Notes: generated from the sequence alone by a model not told the origin. A stretch of 64,000 bases of DNA from Candidatus Pacearchaeota archaeon (GCA_016866975.1 VGKP01000002.1:1-64000), one strand, 5' to 3'. Counted from the stretch's first letter, positions 37,272-47,310 are shown. Made by a program: numbers and translations.

Positions 37272-39077
37272 ATGGAACCAGAAATTATAATTCGAGAGTC
37301 ATTTTCGGATGAAAGTGACGAGTTTTTTGATAAGATAGAGAAGAAAAACTTTGATTCCAAGGAGATAATGGAACTTAAGATTGAAGCAGAGGAAGTATCT
37401 CAGGACAATGAGATTAAGGAGCTTTTGTCTTATGAGTCTATAAAGAAATCTCTTGAATATGACCTTCCTCATCAAAGGGAAGGCGCTCTTAAGATATTGA
37501 GAGATCTTAACGGCTCAGGCTTGCTTGCTGACGAAGTAGGTCTTGGAAAGACAGTGACGGCCGGCATCGCATTGAGGGAATGTATAGAACGCGGACTAGT
37601 GAAGAACACTCTTATCCTGACTCCTCCCTCATTAGTAGATCAATGGGTTGCAGAGCTTAAGGAAAAATTTAATCTTGACTTCAAAATCATTGAAAAAGAA
37701 GAAGACTGGGGCACTTCACCATTTGTCATTGCTTCTCTTGATAGGGTGAAGATACAATACAAAGATACTCAGATTTTCAAACATGACCGGGCACATAATA
37801 TCTCCTGGGACCTGTTGATTGTGGATGAGGCTCACAAATTGAAGGATAAGAATACAGTAAGATGGGAGTTTGTCGATAAATTGAAGAAAAAGAGGTTTCT
37901 GATACTTACAGCTACACCTTTTCAGAATGACTTGTTCGAGTTGTACAATCTTCTAAACCTTCTGAAGAGGGGCCATCTTGGAACTATCCAGGAATTTAAG
38001 AAGCAATTCCTTCATAGAGGAAATAAAAGGCACCCTCTTAACCCCAATGACCTTAAGAGAAGACTTGACGAGGTAATGGTGAGAAGGAGAAGAGATCAAA
38101 CAAAAGTAAGTTACAGGAAAAGAATACCTAAGATAGTACCTGTAGAACTTTCTCAGGAAGAGTATAGGATATATGATTCCATCTGCGATCTTCTCAAGAC
38201 AAAGTATCTCTCTGCAAATGGAAATGAGATAAATGGGAGACTGGTGATTTTTGCTATCTTGCCAAAAATAACTAGCTCATCTCGATCAGCAATGGAGTCG
38301 CTTAAGAAGATAGTGGATGATCAGAAATACCATCAGACAACAAGAGAGATAGCATCAAGAATACTCTCTGATTATAGAATGGTGAAGAAAGATTCAAAGA
38401 TAGAGAAACTGGTTGAATTGGTTGGGAATATCCTTAAAGAAGAGAAAGATGCCAAGATGTTGATATATACAAAACACCCCACTACATTAAGGTATATAGT
38501 TGAGAAACTTCAGCCTTTCAATTTAAAGATAGTTGAGTATCTTGGCGGGCTTGATAGAGAGGAGAAGTCAGAGATTGTAAAGAAGTTCAAAGAAGAGGCT
38601 CAGATAATGTTAAGCACAGAGACAGGCTCAGAAGGTCTAAATTTCCAGTTCTGCCATATCCTTATCAATTATGATCTTCCATGGAATCCAATGGCTGTAG
38701 AGCAGAGGATTGGTCGTTTGGACAGGATTGGGCAGAAAAGCGATATGCAGATATACAGTCTCGCTACAAAAAAGACTATTGAGGAGCATGTGGTAGATCT
38801 TATAATAAACAAGATGTGTTGCATAGGTCTTGTCATAGGAGAATTACCAATCATATTATTCAATCTGGGCCTAGATGAGCGCGGGACCGGCGGTGTGAAT
38901 AAGATAGAAGAGATGCTTATGAATGCCTTTATTGATTCGAAGAATAATCTTGATATTTTTGCATCCGAGGTCGAAAAAATTGCCGAAATGTTGGAGAAAG
39001 GCATGGAAGATTACAAAAAGGCTAAGACTGCCACAATGGAGGTATTGGACAAGAATGAAGGAACTGGCGGAGCTTAA
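37272..39077 (+). CDS. SNF2/SWI2-family helicase-like ATPase (YqhH/RapA-like)
   Basis: LLADEVGLGKT, DEAH, LTATPFQN, GSEGLNFQ, NYDLPWNPMAVEQRIGRLDRIGQ. Confidence 0.92.
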   Translation: MEPEIIIRESFSDESDEFFDKIEKKNFDSKEIMELKIEAEEVSQDNEIKELLSYESIKKSLEYDLPHQREGALKILRDLNGSGLLADEVGLGKTVTAGIALRECIERGLVKNTLILTPPSLVDQWVAELKEKFNLDFKIIEKEEDWGTSPFVIASLDRVKIQYKDTQIFKHDRAHNISWDLLIVDEAHKLKDKNTVRWEFVDKLKKKRFLILTATPFQNDLFELYNLLNLLKRGHLGTIQEFKKQFLHRGNKRHPLNPNDLKRRLDEVMVRRRRDQTKVSYRKRIPKIVPVELSQEEYRIYDSICDLLKTKYLSANGNEINGRLVIFAILPKITSSSRSAMESLKKIVDDQKYHQTTREIASRILSDYRMVKKDSKIEKLVELVGNILKEEKDAKMLIYTKHPTTLRYIVEKLQPFNLKIVEYLGGLDREEKSEIVKKFKEEAQIMLSTETGSEGLNFQFCHILINYDLPWNPMAVEQRIGRLDRIGQKSDMQIYSLATKKTIEEHVVDLIINKMCCIGLVIGELPIILFNLGLDERGTGGVNKIEEMLMNAFIDSKNNLDIFASEVEKIAEMLEKGMEDYKKAKTATMEVLDKNEGTGGA

Positions 39078-40326
39078 GGAATTCACGGCGAATTTTTTCA
39101 AGAATCTCGGCGCAAAGACTATATGGGAAGGGCAGATGCTCAGGGTAGATAAGGTACCAAAGGATTTCGAGGATTTTTTCGGGAAGAAATCTCCTCTGAA
39201 GTTGGTCTTCGATAGGTCTGAGGAAGGTAAGGACACAGAACTTATCGCTAAGGGAAGCTTTTTGCTTAAGGCAATAGCTCTTTATCTCGAGAATAAAGGG
39301 CAAACGACTCTACTGAAATTAAGGGTTATGGATCCAAAAGAGCTTCTTAAGCACAAGGTTGTTTTCAATGATTGCGATATTTTTTCATTTGAAAAGAAAC
39401 ACAGCTATAAGACTATGGTCAGGTTCACTTTCCTTACTACATTCCAGTATCTTAATGAGAAAGAACAGAAGATGATATCGATATATCTAGAGGAAGGTAA
39501 GCCAGTAACTTTCGATGAGAAAAGGTTCCAGTTTGAGGAAGGAAGAAAGGAAGATATAGAGATATCTGGCATAAAGGAGAATTATTCAACATCTAAGGTT
39601 ATTTTGAAAGAGCTTCTTAAGCCGCAGGTTGCAGATATAGGAACTAATTTGAAGTCTAAATTATCTAGGGAATTACAGAGGATAGATTCACACTATAAAA
39701 GACAAGAGGAGGAGATCGACAAACAAGTGCAATCATTAAACACGCAATTGAAAGAGCTTGAAGATCCAAATAGCAAGGTCGACAAAAAGAATGCTGAGTT
39801 AAAATTAAAGAGAATCAATGAACAGTTGCAAAAAATAACTGAAGAAGATAAAAAGTCCAAGTTGAAAAAGGAAAAAGATTTCCTTCTTAATGATGAGGTC
39901 CAGAAGCACGGGCTCAATATGGATACCAAGCTTTTGAATACTACGGTGATATATTATCCAGTTTACGAATGCAGGATGCTATTGAAAAATAACGAGGTCA
40001 TTGGGAAGCCCTTAGATTTTTTATACGACTCAAAGGAGAGTAGCTTTACCTCTATAAATTGCGAATCATGCAAGGAGTCTCTCTCTTCTCTGAAATTATG
40101 TTCATCCGGACATGTAATCTGCAAATCTTGCATTCTTCCATGCAAGGGTTGTACACAGGGATCCTGCAAGATATGCCAGTTCAGGAGATGTAATAGATGC
40201 GAGAGAGAATATTGCAAAAGATGTACTAAGAAGTGCAGCCGGTGCTTCAAGGAGTTCTGTAAGACCCACGTCATTCCAACGAGCCCAACTAAGGTTTTAT
40301 GTTTGGGATGCTCAGGGAATTTTTAA
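39055..40326 (+). CDS. SNF2 partner protein (YqhG-like) with coiled coil and C-terminal Cys-rich zinc fingers
   Basis: Start ATG 39055 overlaps the helicase end; ELQRIDSHY coiled coil; many CxxC motifs in the last 90 aa. Confidence 0.65.
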   Translation: MKELAELKEFTANFFKNLGAKTIWEGQMLRVDKVPKDFEDFFGKKSPLKLVFDRSEEGKDTELIAKGSFLLKAIALYLENKGQTTLLKLRVMDPKELLKHKVVFNDCDIFSFEKKHSYKTMVRFTFLTTFQYLNEKEQKMISIYLEEGKPVTFDEKRFQFEEGRKEDIEISGIKENYSTSKVILKELLKPQVADIGTNLKSKLSRELQRIDSHYKRQEEEIDKQVQSLNTQLKELEDPNSKVDKKNAELKLKRINEQLQKITEEDKKSKLKKEKDFLLNDEVQKHGLNMDTKLLNTTVIYYPVYECRMLLKNNEVIGKPLDFLYDSKESSFTSINCESCKESLSSLKLCSSGHVICKSCILPCKGCTQGSCKICQFRRCNRCEREYCKRCTKKCSRCFKEFCKTHVIPTSPTKVLCLGCSGNF

Positions 40327-40335
40327 AGTCTTTAT

Positions 40336-40556
40336 GTCAAGGAACTTGACTAAAACTCCAGCTTTTAAGCTGGAGTTGTTCCTTGAGCATCCAAACCTCA
40401 AGAATCGAAGATTCTTGATGGCATCCAAGAACAATGTTCTTGGTGAAACGAGCGCCTGCATCAAACTGCGGCTCATCAGGAATCTAAGATTCTTGAATGC
40501 CATCGAGGATTAACATCCTCGAGGTTTAAGCCGCAGTGGCGCATCGTTTTTTTGAT
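40336..40556 (+). mobile_element. Palindromic element, copy 3, carrying two nested insertions (40396-40445, 40474-40524)
   Basis: Removing the 50- and 51-nt inserts restores the 120-bp sequence of copies 1 and 2; preceded by TTAT. Confidence 0.88.
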
Positions 40557-40561
40557 ATTAT

Positions 40562-40670
40562 TTCGGGAACCGAAGAAAACCAAACCTCCTCAGGAATCTA
40601 AGATTCTTGAATGCCATCGAGGATTAACATCCTCGAGGTTTAAGTCGCAGTGGCGGATTGTTTTTTTGAT
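40562..40670 (+). mobile_element. Tandem chimeric/variant element
   Basis: Preceded by TTAT; 5' part tcgggaaccgaagaaaaccaaacct matches the 61062 variant; 3' part repeats the hairpin-loaded right end of copy 3; ends TTTTTTTGAT. Confidence 0.7.
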
Positions 40671-40721
40671 TGTAATAATTTAACTAGAAATATTTTTAAA
40701 TGTCATTCAAAGGCAAAAACC

Positions 40722-41585
40722 ATGGATAACACTAGTACAGAAAATCCTGTGAAAATAATCAATCAGATAATTACAAACACAGATATTTTCGTCTTTAGTT
40801 ACAATCCTCAAACAAAACTCTATACATATTCTCGCCCATTCACACTCCAAGAAGCCACATTACTGGCAACAGACACAAATACATTCATCAAAAATAACTA
40901 TGCCTCTGCTAAGGGTCTTCAAGGAAGCCTCGATGTAGATCCAGTCACAGCAGAGATTTATAATATTAGTACACTCAAAGGCATTTTAGTAAATCAAGTA
41001 TTAACGGACAAAACGAAAGAAACCAACAATCCTCAAAGACTTCCAACAATTCAGGAAGGAATTCAGCATTATAATGCAGGCCTACTGAATGCAAACGCAC
41101 TGTGTAAAGATATTCTAGTCGACCACGGCATTGCCGTCTACAGTGATGACAATCCAGATCAAGAAGTTGCACAAGCACTAATAGAGACTTCGAGAACTGC
41201 TGTCCTCAACAGTGCAGAACAAGAAATAAACGTCTTGCCTTTAGTGGCATCATTTTCTTCTCTAGGATTGCGCCCAGGTGGAAAGTGTTATGGAGTACTT
41301 CCAGTTATAGTTTCCTCTAAAGGATTGATTTACGGAGAGAAAGCGCAAGATTTCTTAAACGATAATAACTTCATTCAGGATATTAATGGCGTTCACGGGG
41401 TGGTCTGGGACTACTACGACAGTTGGTGCGCCAGCTGGGACGATAACTTGAACATTTTCTACAGTAATTGCAGGTTGGGGAGACTTATTGCCGAAGGCAG
41501 CGCAGAAATATTAGAAGATGAAATACGCAGTATTTTTGCTCCCACTCGTTGGAGCCTTGATGCAATTCTCCTAGCAAGGGAATAA
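40722..41585 (+). CDS. Hypothetical protein, candidate DGR target (C-type lectin-like variable protein)
   Basis: Start 40722; C-terminal GVHGVVWDYYDSWCASWDDNLNIFYSNCRLGR encoded by a run of NNC/NNT codons, followed by a GCCGAAGGC mini-hairpin. Confidence 0.55.
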   Translation: MDNTSTENPVKIINQIITNTDIFVFSYNPQTKLYTYSRPFTLQEATLLATDTNTFIKNNYASAKGLQGSLDVDPVTAEIYNISTLKGILVNQVLTDKTKETNNPQRLPTIQEGIQHYNAGLLNANALCKDILVDHGIAVYSDDNPDQEVAQALIETSRTAVLNSAEQEINVLPLVASFSSLGLRPGGKCYGVLPVIVSSKGLIYGEKAQDFLNDNNFIQDINGVHGVVWDYYDSWCASWDDNLNIFYSNCRLGRLIAEGSAEILEDEIRSIFAPTRWSLDAILLARE

Positions 41586-41792
41586 CTATAATTTCGCAGG
41601 ATTCAAGAATTGGTATCACTTCATTTTGCTTCGATAACGCGATATTATAAAAATGAGAAGAAAAATAGAGCAATTTGTTCATAGTAAAATTTAGTATCGA
41701 GGTATGATAATGCGTTTCCAGGATCGCAGTTATTAAGAGCTCGCTCATGAGAAATATAACAAATCAAAATAACTAAGGAAAACTTGTTTTAG

Positions 41793-41999
41793 TTATTTCT
41801 TCTTCTCTTCACTTTGAGTCGGTATCTTTACGCCAAGGGCTTCTAATTCCTTTATATGCGCTCCAATAAGGCTCTCAGTTATTTGGACAATCCTGAAGAG
41901 CTCATTTCTTTCAGCGACAAGGGTGTTCAATGCACCTTTGTGAAAGCCGATAAGTTCATCTTTTGATGGTTCAGGTTGTGTTTGTGCTTGTTCTGCCAT
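41793..41999 (-). CDS. Small conserved hypothetical protein
   Basis: DELIGFHKGALNTLVAERNEL...HIKELEALGV helical motif. Confidence 0.65.
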   Translation of the reverse strand: MAEQAQTQPEPSKDELIGFHKGALNTLVAERNELFRIVQITESLIGAHIKELEALGVKIPTQSEEKKK

Positions 42000-42048
42000 A
42001 TAATTGCATGGAAGAAGCTTATTTAAAGCTTCTTTTCCGTGCTTGTTA

Positions 42049-42294
42049 ATGTCTGAAATAACTGTTTATGTCAAGTCAGGTTGTCCATTTTGTATAAAGC
42101 TTAAGGACCTCTTGAGAAAGAATAAGATTTCTTTTACCGAGATAAATGTCTTAGAAGACGAAGAAGGAGCAAAAGGGGCAGTGCAGAAGGACGGCAGGAT
42201 ACCCGTGCCTCAAGTAGACATAAAAGGAAGGGTTATATACGATTACTCTACAGAGGAAAATCTTGTCAAAGAGATGAAAGGCCTTTTAGACTGA
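42049..42294 (+). CDS. Glutaredoxin-like protein
   Basis: Start 42049; VYVKSGCPFC, cis-Pro VPQV. Confidence 0.88.
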   Translation: MSEITVYVKSGCPFCIKLKDLLRKNKISFTEINVLEDEEGAKGAVQKDGRIPVPQVDIKGRVIYDYSTEENLVKEMKGLLD

Positions 42295-42732
42295 TTACTT
42301 TCTACCTTTAAGGAATAATGCAAAAGAAACAAGCATTCCTATAAATGTTACAGATTGCAGAATTATTATCTCGTTAAGTGCAAATAAATACCAGCTTGAT
42401 GGCTTGAATATTATTGACAGGCTCCAGGATATGGATATTCCGAGGACAATGAAATTTATCCAAGATGCATATGTGATGAGTTGGTTTCTTTTACCATGAT
42501 TATTGAAATGTTTGATTGCCATAAATAGATAGATAGCGCTAAGGACAAACAAGAATGGAATTAGAAGTGCGCCTATGTTGAAAATAACTTCATTCCCCTG
42601 ACTTATACCTTTGAATATTGATGACAATGTATTTGAGAATCCCATTACCGAATATACTCCTATCATCACATATAATGAAAGAAGTGCGATGAGCGATATC
42701 GAGGCTATATTGACCTTTTCAGGAAGTTCCAT
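42295..42732 (-). CDS. Integral membrane protein (4 TM)
   Basis: Probable start ATG 42732 (MELPEKV); hydrophobic. Confidence 0.55.
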   Translation of the reverse strand: MELPEKVNIASISLIALLSLYVMIGVYSVMGFSNTLSSIFKGISQGNEVIFNIGALLIPFLFVLSAIYLFMAIKHFNNHGKRNQLITYASWINFIVLGISISWSLSIIFKPSSWYLFALNEIIILQSVTFIGMLVSFALFLKGRK

Positions 42733-42813
42733 ATAACAATAACCTAAAAGAAATATAAAAACCTTCTCATGCAGATGCAAAAAGCTTATGTACCTCATTT
42801 TACAATCATTGAT

Positions 42814-43092
42814 ATGAATATCGGCGAGATACAGCAGAATATGTCTCAACTTAAGAACTGGGCATTAGAAGGCAGCTCAATAGTGAAAGATTATTCATTT
42901 AATGATTTCAAGCAAGCCCTTAATTTTGTCAACAAGGTAGGAGATATAGCTGAGAAGAACAATCATCATCCATCTATAATCTTAGACTATAACTTCGTGC
43001 ACATTACTCTTTCTACACATTCAGAGCATACACTGACAGATAAAGATTTCATTGTTGCAAAGGAGATAGATATTTTAGATGGAACTTCTTAA
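42814..43092 (+). CDS. phhB: Pterin-4-alpha-carbinolamine dehydratase
   Basis: FNDFKQALNFVNKVGDIAEKNNHHPSI...LSTH...LTDKD..A. Confidence 0.92.
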   Translation: MNIGEIQQNMSQLKNWALEGSSIVKDYSFNDFKQALNFVNKVGDIAEKNNHHPSIILDYNFVHITLSTHSEHTLTDKDFIVAKEIDILDGTS

Positions 43093-43351
43093 TGTATTTC
43101 TCTCTATTTTTTTATTGCTTCTATCAGCCCCAATAGGATTTATTATAGCGTGGCTCGCCCGTGATGAACTCATTATAGGAAGAAAGTGGTTTATTGCAAT
43201 CATACTTACTTCAATTTTATCTACAATCATTTTCCTCTTTTTTGATATGGTCGCGTCACTTTCATCTTTTTTTATCTTCATCGTATCATTGATCTCATGG
43301 ATCAAGAGTTTTGACAAGAGATGGACTAAGAAAAGCATAACAAGAACGTAG
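43079..43351 (+). CDS. Small membrane protein (3 TM)
   Basis: PIGFIIAWLARDELIIGRKWF. Confidence 0.6.
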   Translation: MELLNVFLSIFLLLLSAPIGFIIAWLARDELIIGRKWFIAIILTSILSTIIFLFFDMVASLSSFFIFIVSLISWIKSFDKRWTKKSITRT

Positions 43352-43559
43352 TTTCTGACATCCCAAAGTTTAAATAATTGGTTTATTCTATTGTATCATG
43401 GCAATGCAAAAGAACTCGAAAGGTACTTTTTCTAGCATAGCCATTACCATTTAATAACTCGTCTTATCCTAGACGTATCAATTTTCAACATGACTTACAA
43501 AAAAATAACTTTCTTTATGCAGACTAAAAATATAAAAGCAGATATTGCGGGTAGTGGAT

Positions 43560-46358
43560 ATGCTTAACTCCAAAAGCACAGAGAAAGAAGTACTTGAATT
43601 CTGGAATAAGAATGAGATATATGGTAAGAGTAAGGAGAAAAATAGGAAAGGCAAGAAATTCTACTTCATGGATGGTCCGCCTTATGCTAGTGGGAGCATA
43701 CATCTCGGGACTGCCTTAAACAAGGTCTTAAAGGATATCGCGATGCGTTCCCAGAGATTGCAGGGAAAAGATGTCTTCGACAGGCCTGGATATGATACTC
43801 ACGGAGTACCGATTGAATTCAAAGTGGAGAAAGAGCTTGGGACAAAAACAAAGCAGGATATCGAGGCATTCGGTATTGACAAGTTCATATCAAGGTGCAA
43901 GGAATTCGCTACGAAGTATATAAGTGAAATGAACAATGAGTTCTCCAATCTGGGTATCTGGATGGATTGGAGTGATCCCTATGTCACTCTGTCTCCAGGT
44001 TATATCGAGGCAATATGGCACGCTTTCAAGAAAGCTGAAGAGAAAGGCCTTCTTTATCTTGGAAAATACTCTGTTCATGTCTGTACAAGATGCGCAACAG
44101 CCGTTGCATATAACGAGATAGAATACGGAAAGCAGAAAGACACTTCTGTTTTTGTTAAATTCCCAGTTGTTGGGAAGAAGAATACATTTCTTGTGATATG
44201 GACTACTACTCCTTGGACATTACCTGCAAATACAGGGGTGATGGTCCATCCAGATATAACTTACCAGGAGATATCTACTTCTGAAGGTGAACACTGGATA
44301 ATGGCCAAAGATCGTATCGCTCCAGTAATGTCTATGCTTGAAAGGGGATTTACTTTGGTGAGAGAATTCAAGGGAAAAGTAATGGAAGGGTGGAAGTATG
44401 AGAATCCTATTGCTCGCCATACAAAAATTAAAGTGAAGGATGGATACAGAGTCGTATTGACTCCAAGATATGTGACTACAGAAGAGGGCACAGGATTGGT
44501 GCACTGCGCGCCAGGCCATGGCAAGGAAGACTATGAGGTTGGCAGAGATGAAGGTCTTGATATGTTATGCCCAGTTAATATAAATGGAATAATGACTGAA
44601 GAGGCAGGCAAATACGCAGGAAAGAATGCAAGAGTAGTTGACACGGAGATAATTGAAGACCTAGAAAGGGATGGATTTCTTGTTCACAAACTTGTTTATG
44701 AGCATGATTATCCTCTTTGCTGGAGAGACAAGACTCCTCTTCTCATGCTTTCTCTTCCTCAGTGGTTTCTAAAGATTTCAGGCATTCAGAAGAAGTTACT
44801 CAAGGATAATGATAAAATTGAATGGGTCCCTTCATGGGTAAAGCTTCGTATGAAGGCTTGGCTAGAAGGGATAGGTGATTGGCCAGTCTCAAGGGCGAGA
44901 TACTGGGGGACCCCTCTTCCAATATGGTATAACGAAGAGACAGGTGAGAGGGTTGTTGTAGGGAGCATCGCAGAATTGGAGAAGCTTTCAGGGATGAAAG
45001 TCAAGGACCCTCACAAGCCAATGATTGACGAAATAGTGATTCCCGGTAAGAAAGGGAAGCCTCTTAGAAGAGTCAAGGAAGTCCTGGATGTATGGTTTGA
45101 TTCAGGTGTTTCGAGCTGGGCAGCACTGGGTTACCCTGCAAAAAAAGAGGACTTTGATCAATTCTGGCCAGCTGATCTTAATATAGAAGGCAAGGACCAG
45201 ATAAGAGGATGGTGGAACTCTCAGATGATTCTATCTGAGATAACATTTGGGAAGAAGCCTTTCAAGTCGGTTGCCATGCATGGAATGGTCTTGGACATCA
45301 GTAAGCGTAAGATGTCTAAATCAGAAGGCAATAATACCACTCCCGCTGAAGTGATTGAGAAGTTTGGAAGGGACGCATTAAGATATATGTTTGCCAAACT
45401 ATCTAAGGGAGAGGATTTCTCTTATAGCGATAATGAGATGAAAGACATTCAGAGGATATTCATGATGATGGGCAACATAAATAATTTCGTTCGCCAGCTA
45501 TCGCCTTCAAAAGGAAAAACCAAGTTATCTCCTGAAGATCATTGGATACTCTCACAATATAACTCGCTTATAAGAGATGTGACAGAGGCATACAATAGTT
45601 ATAGGTTTACCGATGTTGTAAATCGTTTTGAACAGTTCTTAGTCTTTGATCTTAGCAGGACATACATTCAGATGATCAGAGATAGGGCAGATGAAGTGGC
45701 CCCACTTATGCGAGAAATAAGGGACGGCCTTCTTTTGCTTATTTCTCCAATAACCCCATTCTTATGTGAAAAAATGTGGCAGGAATTAAGGAAAGACAGA
45801 TTGGTGGATGAAGAATCGATACATCTAAGCTCGTTTCCAAGGGCAGATACGAAGAAGATTGATGGAGATTTAGATTTATCATTCAAGAACTTGGCCAGAA
45901 TAATTGAGTTTGGTATGGCTGAGAGGGACAAGGCCAAAATTGGACTGCGCTGGCCTCTTGCTCTGGCTACGGTTACTTCAAAAATACCTGTAAAAAAGGA
46001 GTTGCAATCAATAATAAAAAGACAGTTGAACGTGAAAGATGTGAAGATTGTAAAGGGAGATACTGTAAAAGTTGAGCTTGATACTTTATTGACCCCTGAA
46101 CTTGAGGCAGAAGGTCTAGCAAGGGAGCTTGCGCGCAAGATACAGGCAGAGAGGAAGAATGCTGGTCTTGTGAAGACACAAGAAATAGTATTGAAATTGA
46201 CTTTGGATACTGAAACCAGAAAAATTTTGATGCCATTTATTCACTTCGTGTCAGAGAGAACAAATGCAAATGATATACAATTTATCGAAGATAAAAATCA
46301 TGTAAAGCCAGTGTCATTCGAAGTGAAAGATAAAAAGATTCTTTTCTCATTTTCGTAA
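43560..46358 (+). CDS. ileS: Isoleucine--tRNA ligase
   Basis: DGPPYASGSIHLGT (HIGH), GYDTHGVP, WTTTPWTLPAN, DWPVSRARYWG, DVWFDSG, KMSKS. Confidence 0.95.
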   Translation: MLNSKSTEKEVLEFWNKNEIYGKSKEKNRKGKKFYFMDGPPYASGSIHLGTALNKVLKDIAMRSQRLQGKDVFDRPGYDTHGVPIEFKVEKELGTKTKQDIEAFGIDKFISRCKEFATKYISEMNNEFSNLGIWMDWSDPYVTLSPGYIEAIWHAFKKAEEKGLLYLGKYSVHVCTRCATAVAYNEIEYGKQKDTSVFVKFPVVGKKNTFLVIWTTTPWTLPANTGVMVHPDITYQEISTSEGEHWIMAKDRIAPVMSMLERGFTLVREFKGKVMEGWKYENPIARHTKIKVKDGYRVVLTPRYVTTEEGTGLVHCAPGHGKEDYEVGRDEGLDMLCPVNINGIMTEEAGKYAGKNARVVDTEIIEDLERDGFLVHKLVYEHDYPLCWRDKTPLLMLSLPQWFLKISGIQKKLLKDNDKIEWVPSWVKLRMKAWLEGIGDWPVSRARYWGTPLPIWYNEETGERVVVGSIAELEKLSGMKVKDPHKPMIDEIVIPGKKGKPLRRVKEVLDVWFDSGVSSWAALGYPAKKEDFDQFWPADLNIEGKDQIRGWWNSQMILSEITFGKKPFKSVAMHGMVLDISKRKMSKSEGNNTTPAEVIEKFGRDALRYMFAKLSKGEDFSYSDNEMKDIQRIFMMMGNINNFVRQLSPSKGKTKLSPEDHWILSQYNSLIRDVTEAYNSYRFTDVVNRFEQFLVFDLSRTYIQMIRDRADEVAPLMREIRDGLLLLISPITPFLCEKMWQELRKDRLVDEESIHLSSFPRADTKKIDGDLDLSFKNLARIIEFGMAERDKAKIGLRWPLALATVTSKIPVKKELQSIIKRQLNVKDVKIVKGDTVKVELDTLLTPELEAEGLARELARKIQAERKNAGLVKTQEIVLKLTLDTETRKILMPFIHFVSERTNANDIQFIEDKNHVKPVSFEVKDKKILFSFS

Positions 46359-46383
46359 TTTTAAAGGAATACATGAGGAAAGG

Positions 46384-46391
46384 TTTAAATA
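46384..46391 (+). promoter_or_regulatory. TATA-like box of the TrmB gene (probable leaderless mRNA)
   Basis: gaaaggTTTAAATA about 27 nt upstream of the start codon. Confidence 0.5.
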
Positions 46392-46418
46392 CCAAAACCC
46401 TTTCATTTAAGGAAGAGA

Positions 46419-47264
46419 GTGCCAAATTTACATATGATAATAAAGGAAGAATTTTTAAGCAGATTACGGAAAATTTTTGATCTTAACTTATATGAGGCTA
46501 AAGTTTGGACAGCACTCCTTTCCAGAGGTGTTTCTACAGCAGGAGAATTAAGCAACATATCGGATGTTCCAAGAAGCAGGACTTATGACATATTGGAATC
46601 TCTTGAGAAGAAGGGATTTATTGTGATGAAGATTGGTAAGCCTATCAAGTTTGTTGCTTTGAAGCCTGAAGAGGTTGTTGAGAGAGTTAAGAAGAATCTT
46701 ATAGTTAATGCCCAGGAGAAAAGTAGGAGACTTGAGAAATTGCGTGGAGATGAGGTCCTTGATGAATTGAATTCTCTATTTACAAATGGCATAAAGTTTG
46801 TCGAGCCATCAGATCTCTCAGGTAGTCTTCGTGGTCGCCAGAACATGTACAATCATCTTGACATGATGATTCGTGGCGCTGAGAAGAATATAACTCTTGT
46901 TACAACAGCTGAGGGTATAAATAGGAAGCTCGAAGCTCTTATGCCTGCTCTTGAGAAAGCAAAGAAGCGCGGCGTCTCAATTAAGATTGCTGCACCAATC
47001 ACTCAAGATAACATCAAGGTGGCAAAAGATCTTTCAAAGGTAGCAGAGATCAGGGATGTTTCTAACCATAACCTTAATGCAAGATTTGCCGTAGTAGACA
47101 ATGAGCAATTGATGTTCATGCTTCTTGATGATAAGTCCGTGCATCCAAACTATGATGTAGCTGTCTGGTTATCTTCAGAATTCTTTGCAAGGGCCCTTGA
47201 TCAATTGTTCAATTCTGCATGGGATCAGTTCCCCCAATTAGGGAAGCTTAATGGAAAGAAATAG
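46419..47264 (+). CDS. TrmB-family transcriptional regulator
   Basis: LNLYEAKVWTALL...SDVPRSRTYDILESLEKKGF; PLD-like effector domain. Confidence 0.92.
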   Translation: MPNLHMIIKEEFLSRLRKIFDLNLYEAKVWTALLSRGVSTAGELSNISDVPRSRTYDILESLEKKGFIVMKIGKPIKFVALKPEEVVERVKKNLIVNAQEKSRRLEKLRGDEVLDELNSLFTNGIKFVEPSDLSGSLRGRQNMYNHLDMMIRGAEKNITLVTTAEGINRKLEALMPALEKAKKRGVSIKIAAPITQDNIKVAKDLSKVAEIRDVSNHNLNARFAVVDNEQLMFMLLDDKSVHPNYDVAVWLSSEFFARALDQLFNSAWDQFPQLGKLNGKK

Positions 47265-47310
47265 TTACTGATTTAGAAAACGTTTTAAACTACTAAATTT
47301 TCTTTGTCAT

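Noticed and set aside
36639-40556. Composite transposon carrying the SNF2 module between two element copies
   Set aside because: The cargo looks host-like in codon use, and both copies have their own TTAT left flank, as expected for independent insertions.
43395-43447. Imperfect hairpin upstream of ileS as a T-box or riboswitch
   Set aside because: No T-box consensus or specifier loop is visible, T-boxes are bacterial, and the pairing is weak.
30445-46358. Inteins, in-frame stops or recoding in smc, SNF2, ileS and other large genes
   Set aside because: Lengths and motif spacing are normal or short; I saw no intein-like inserts or readthrough patterns.
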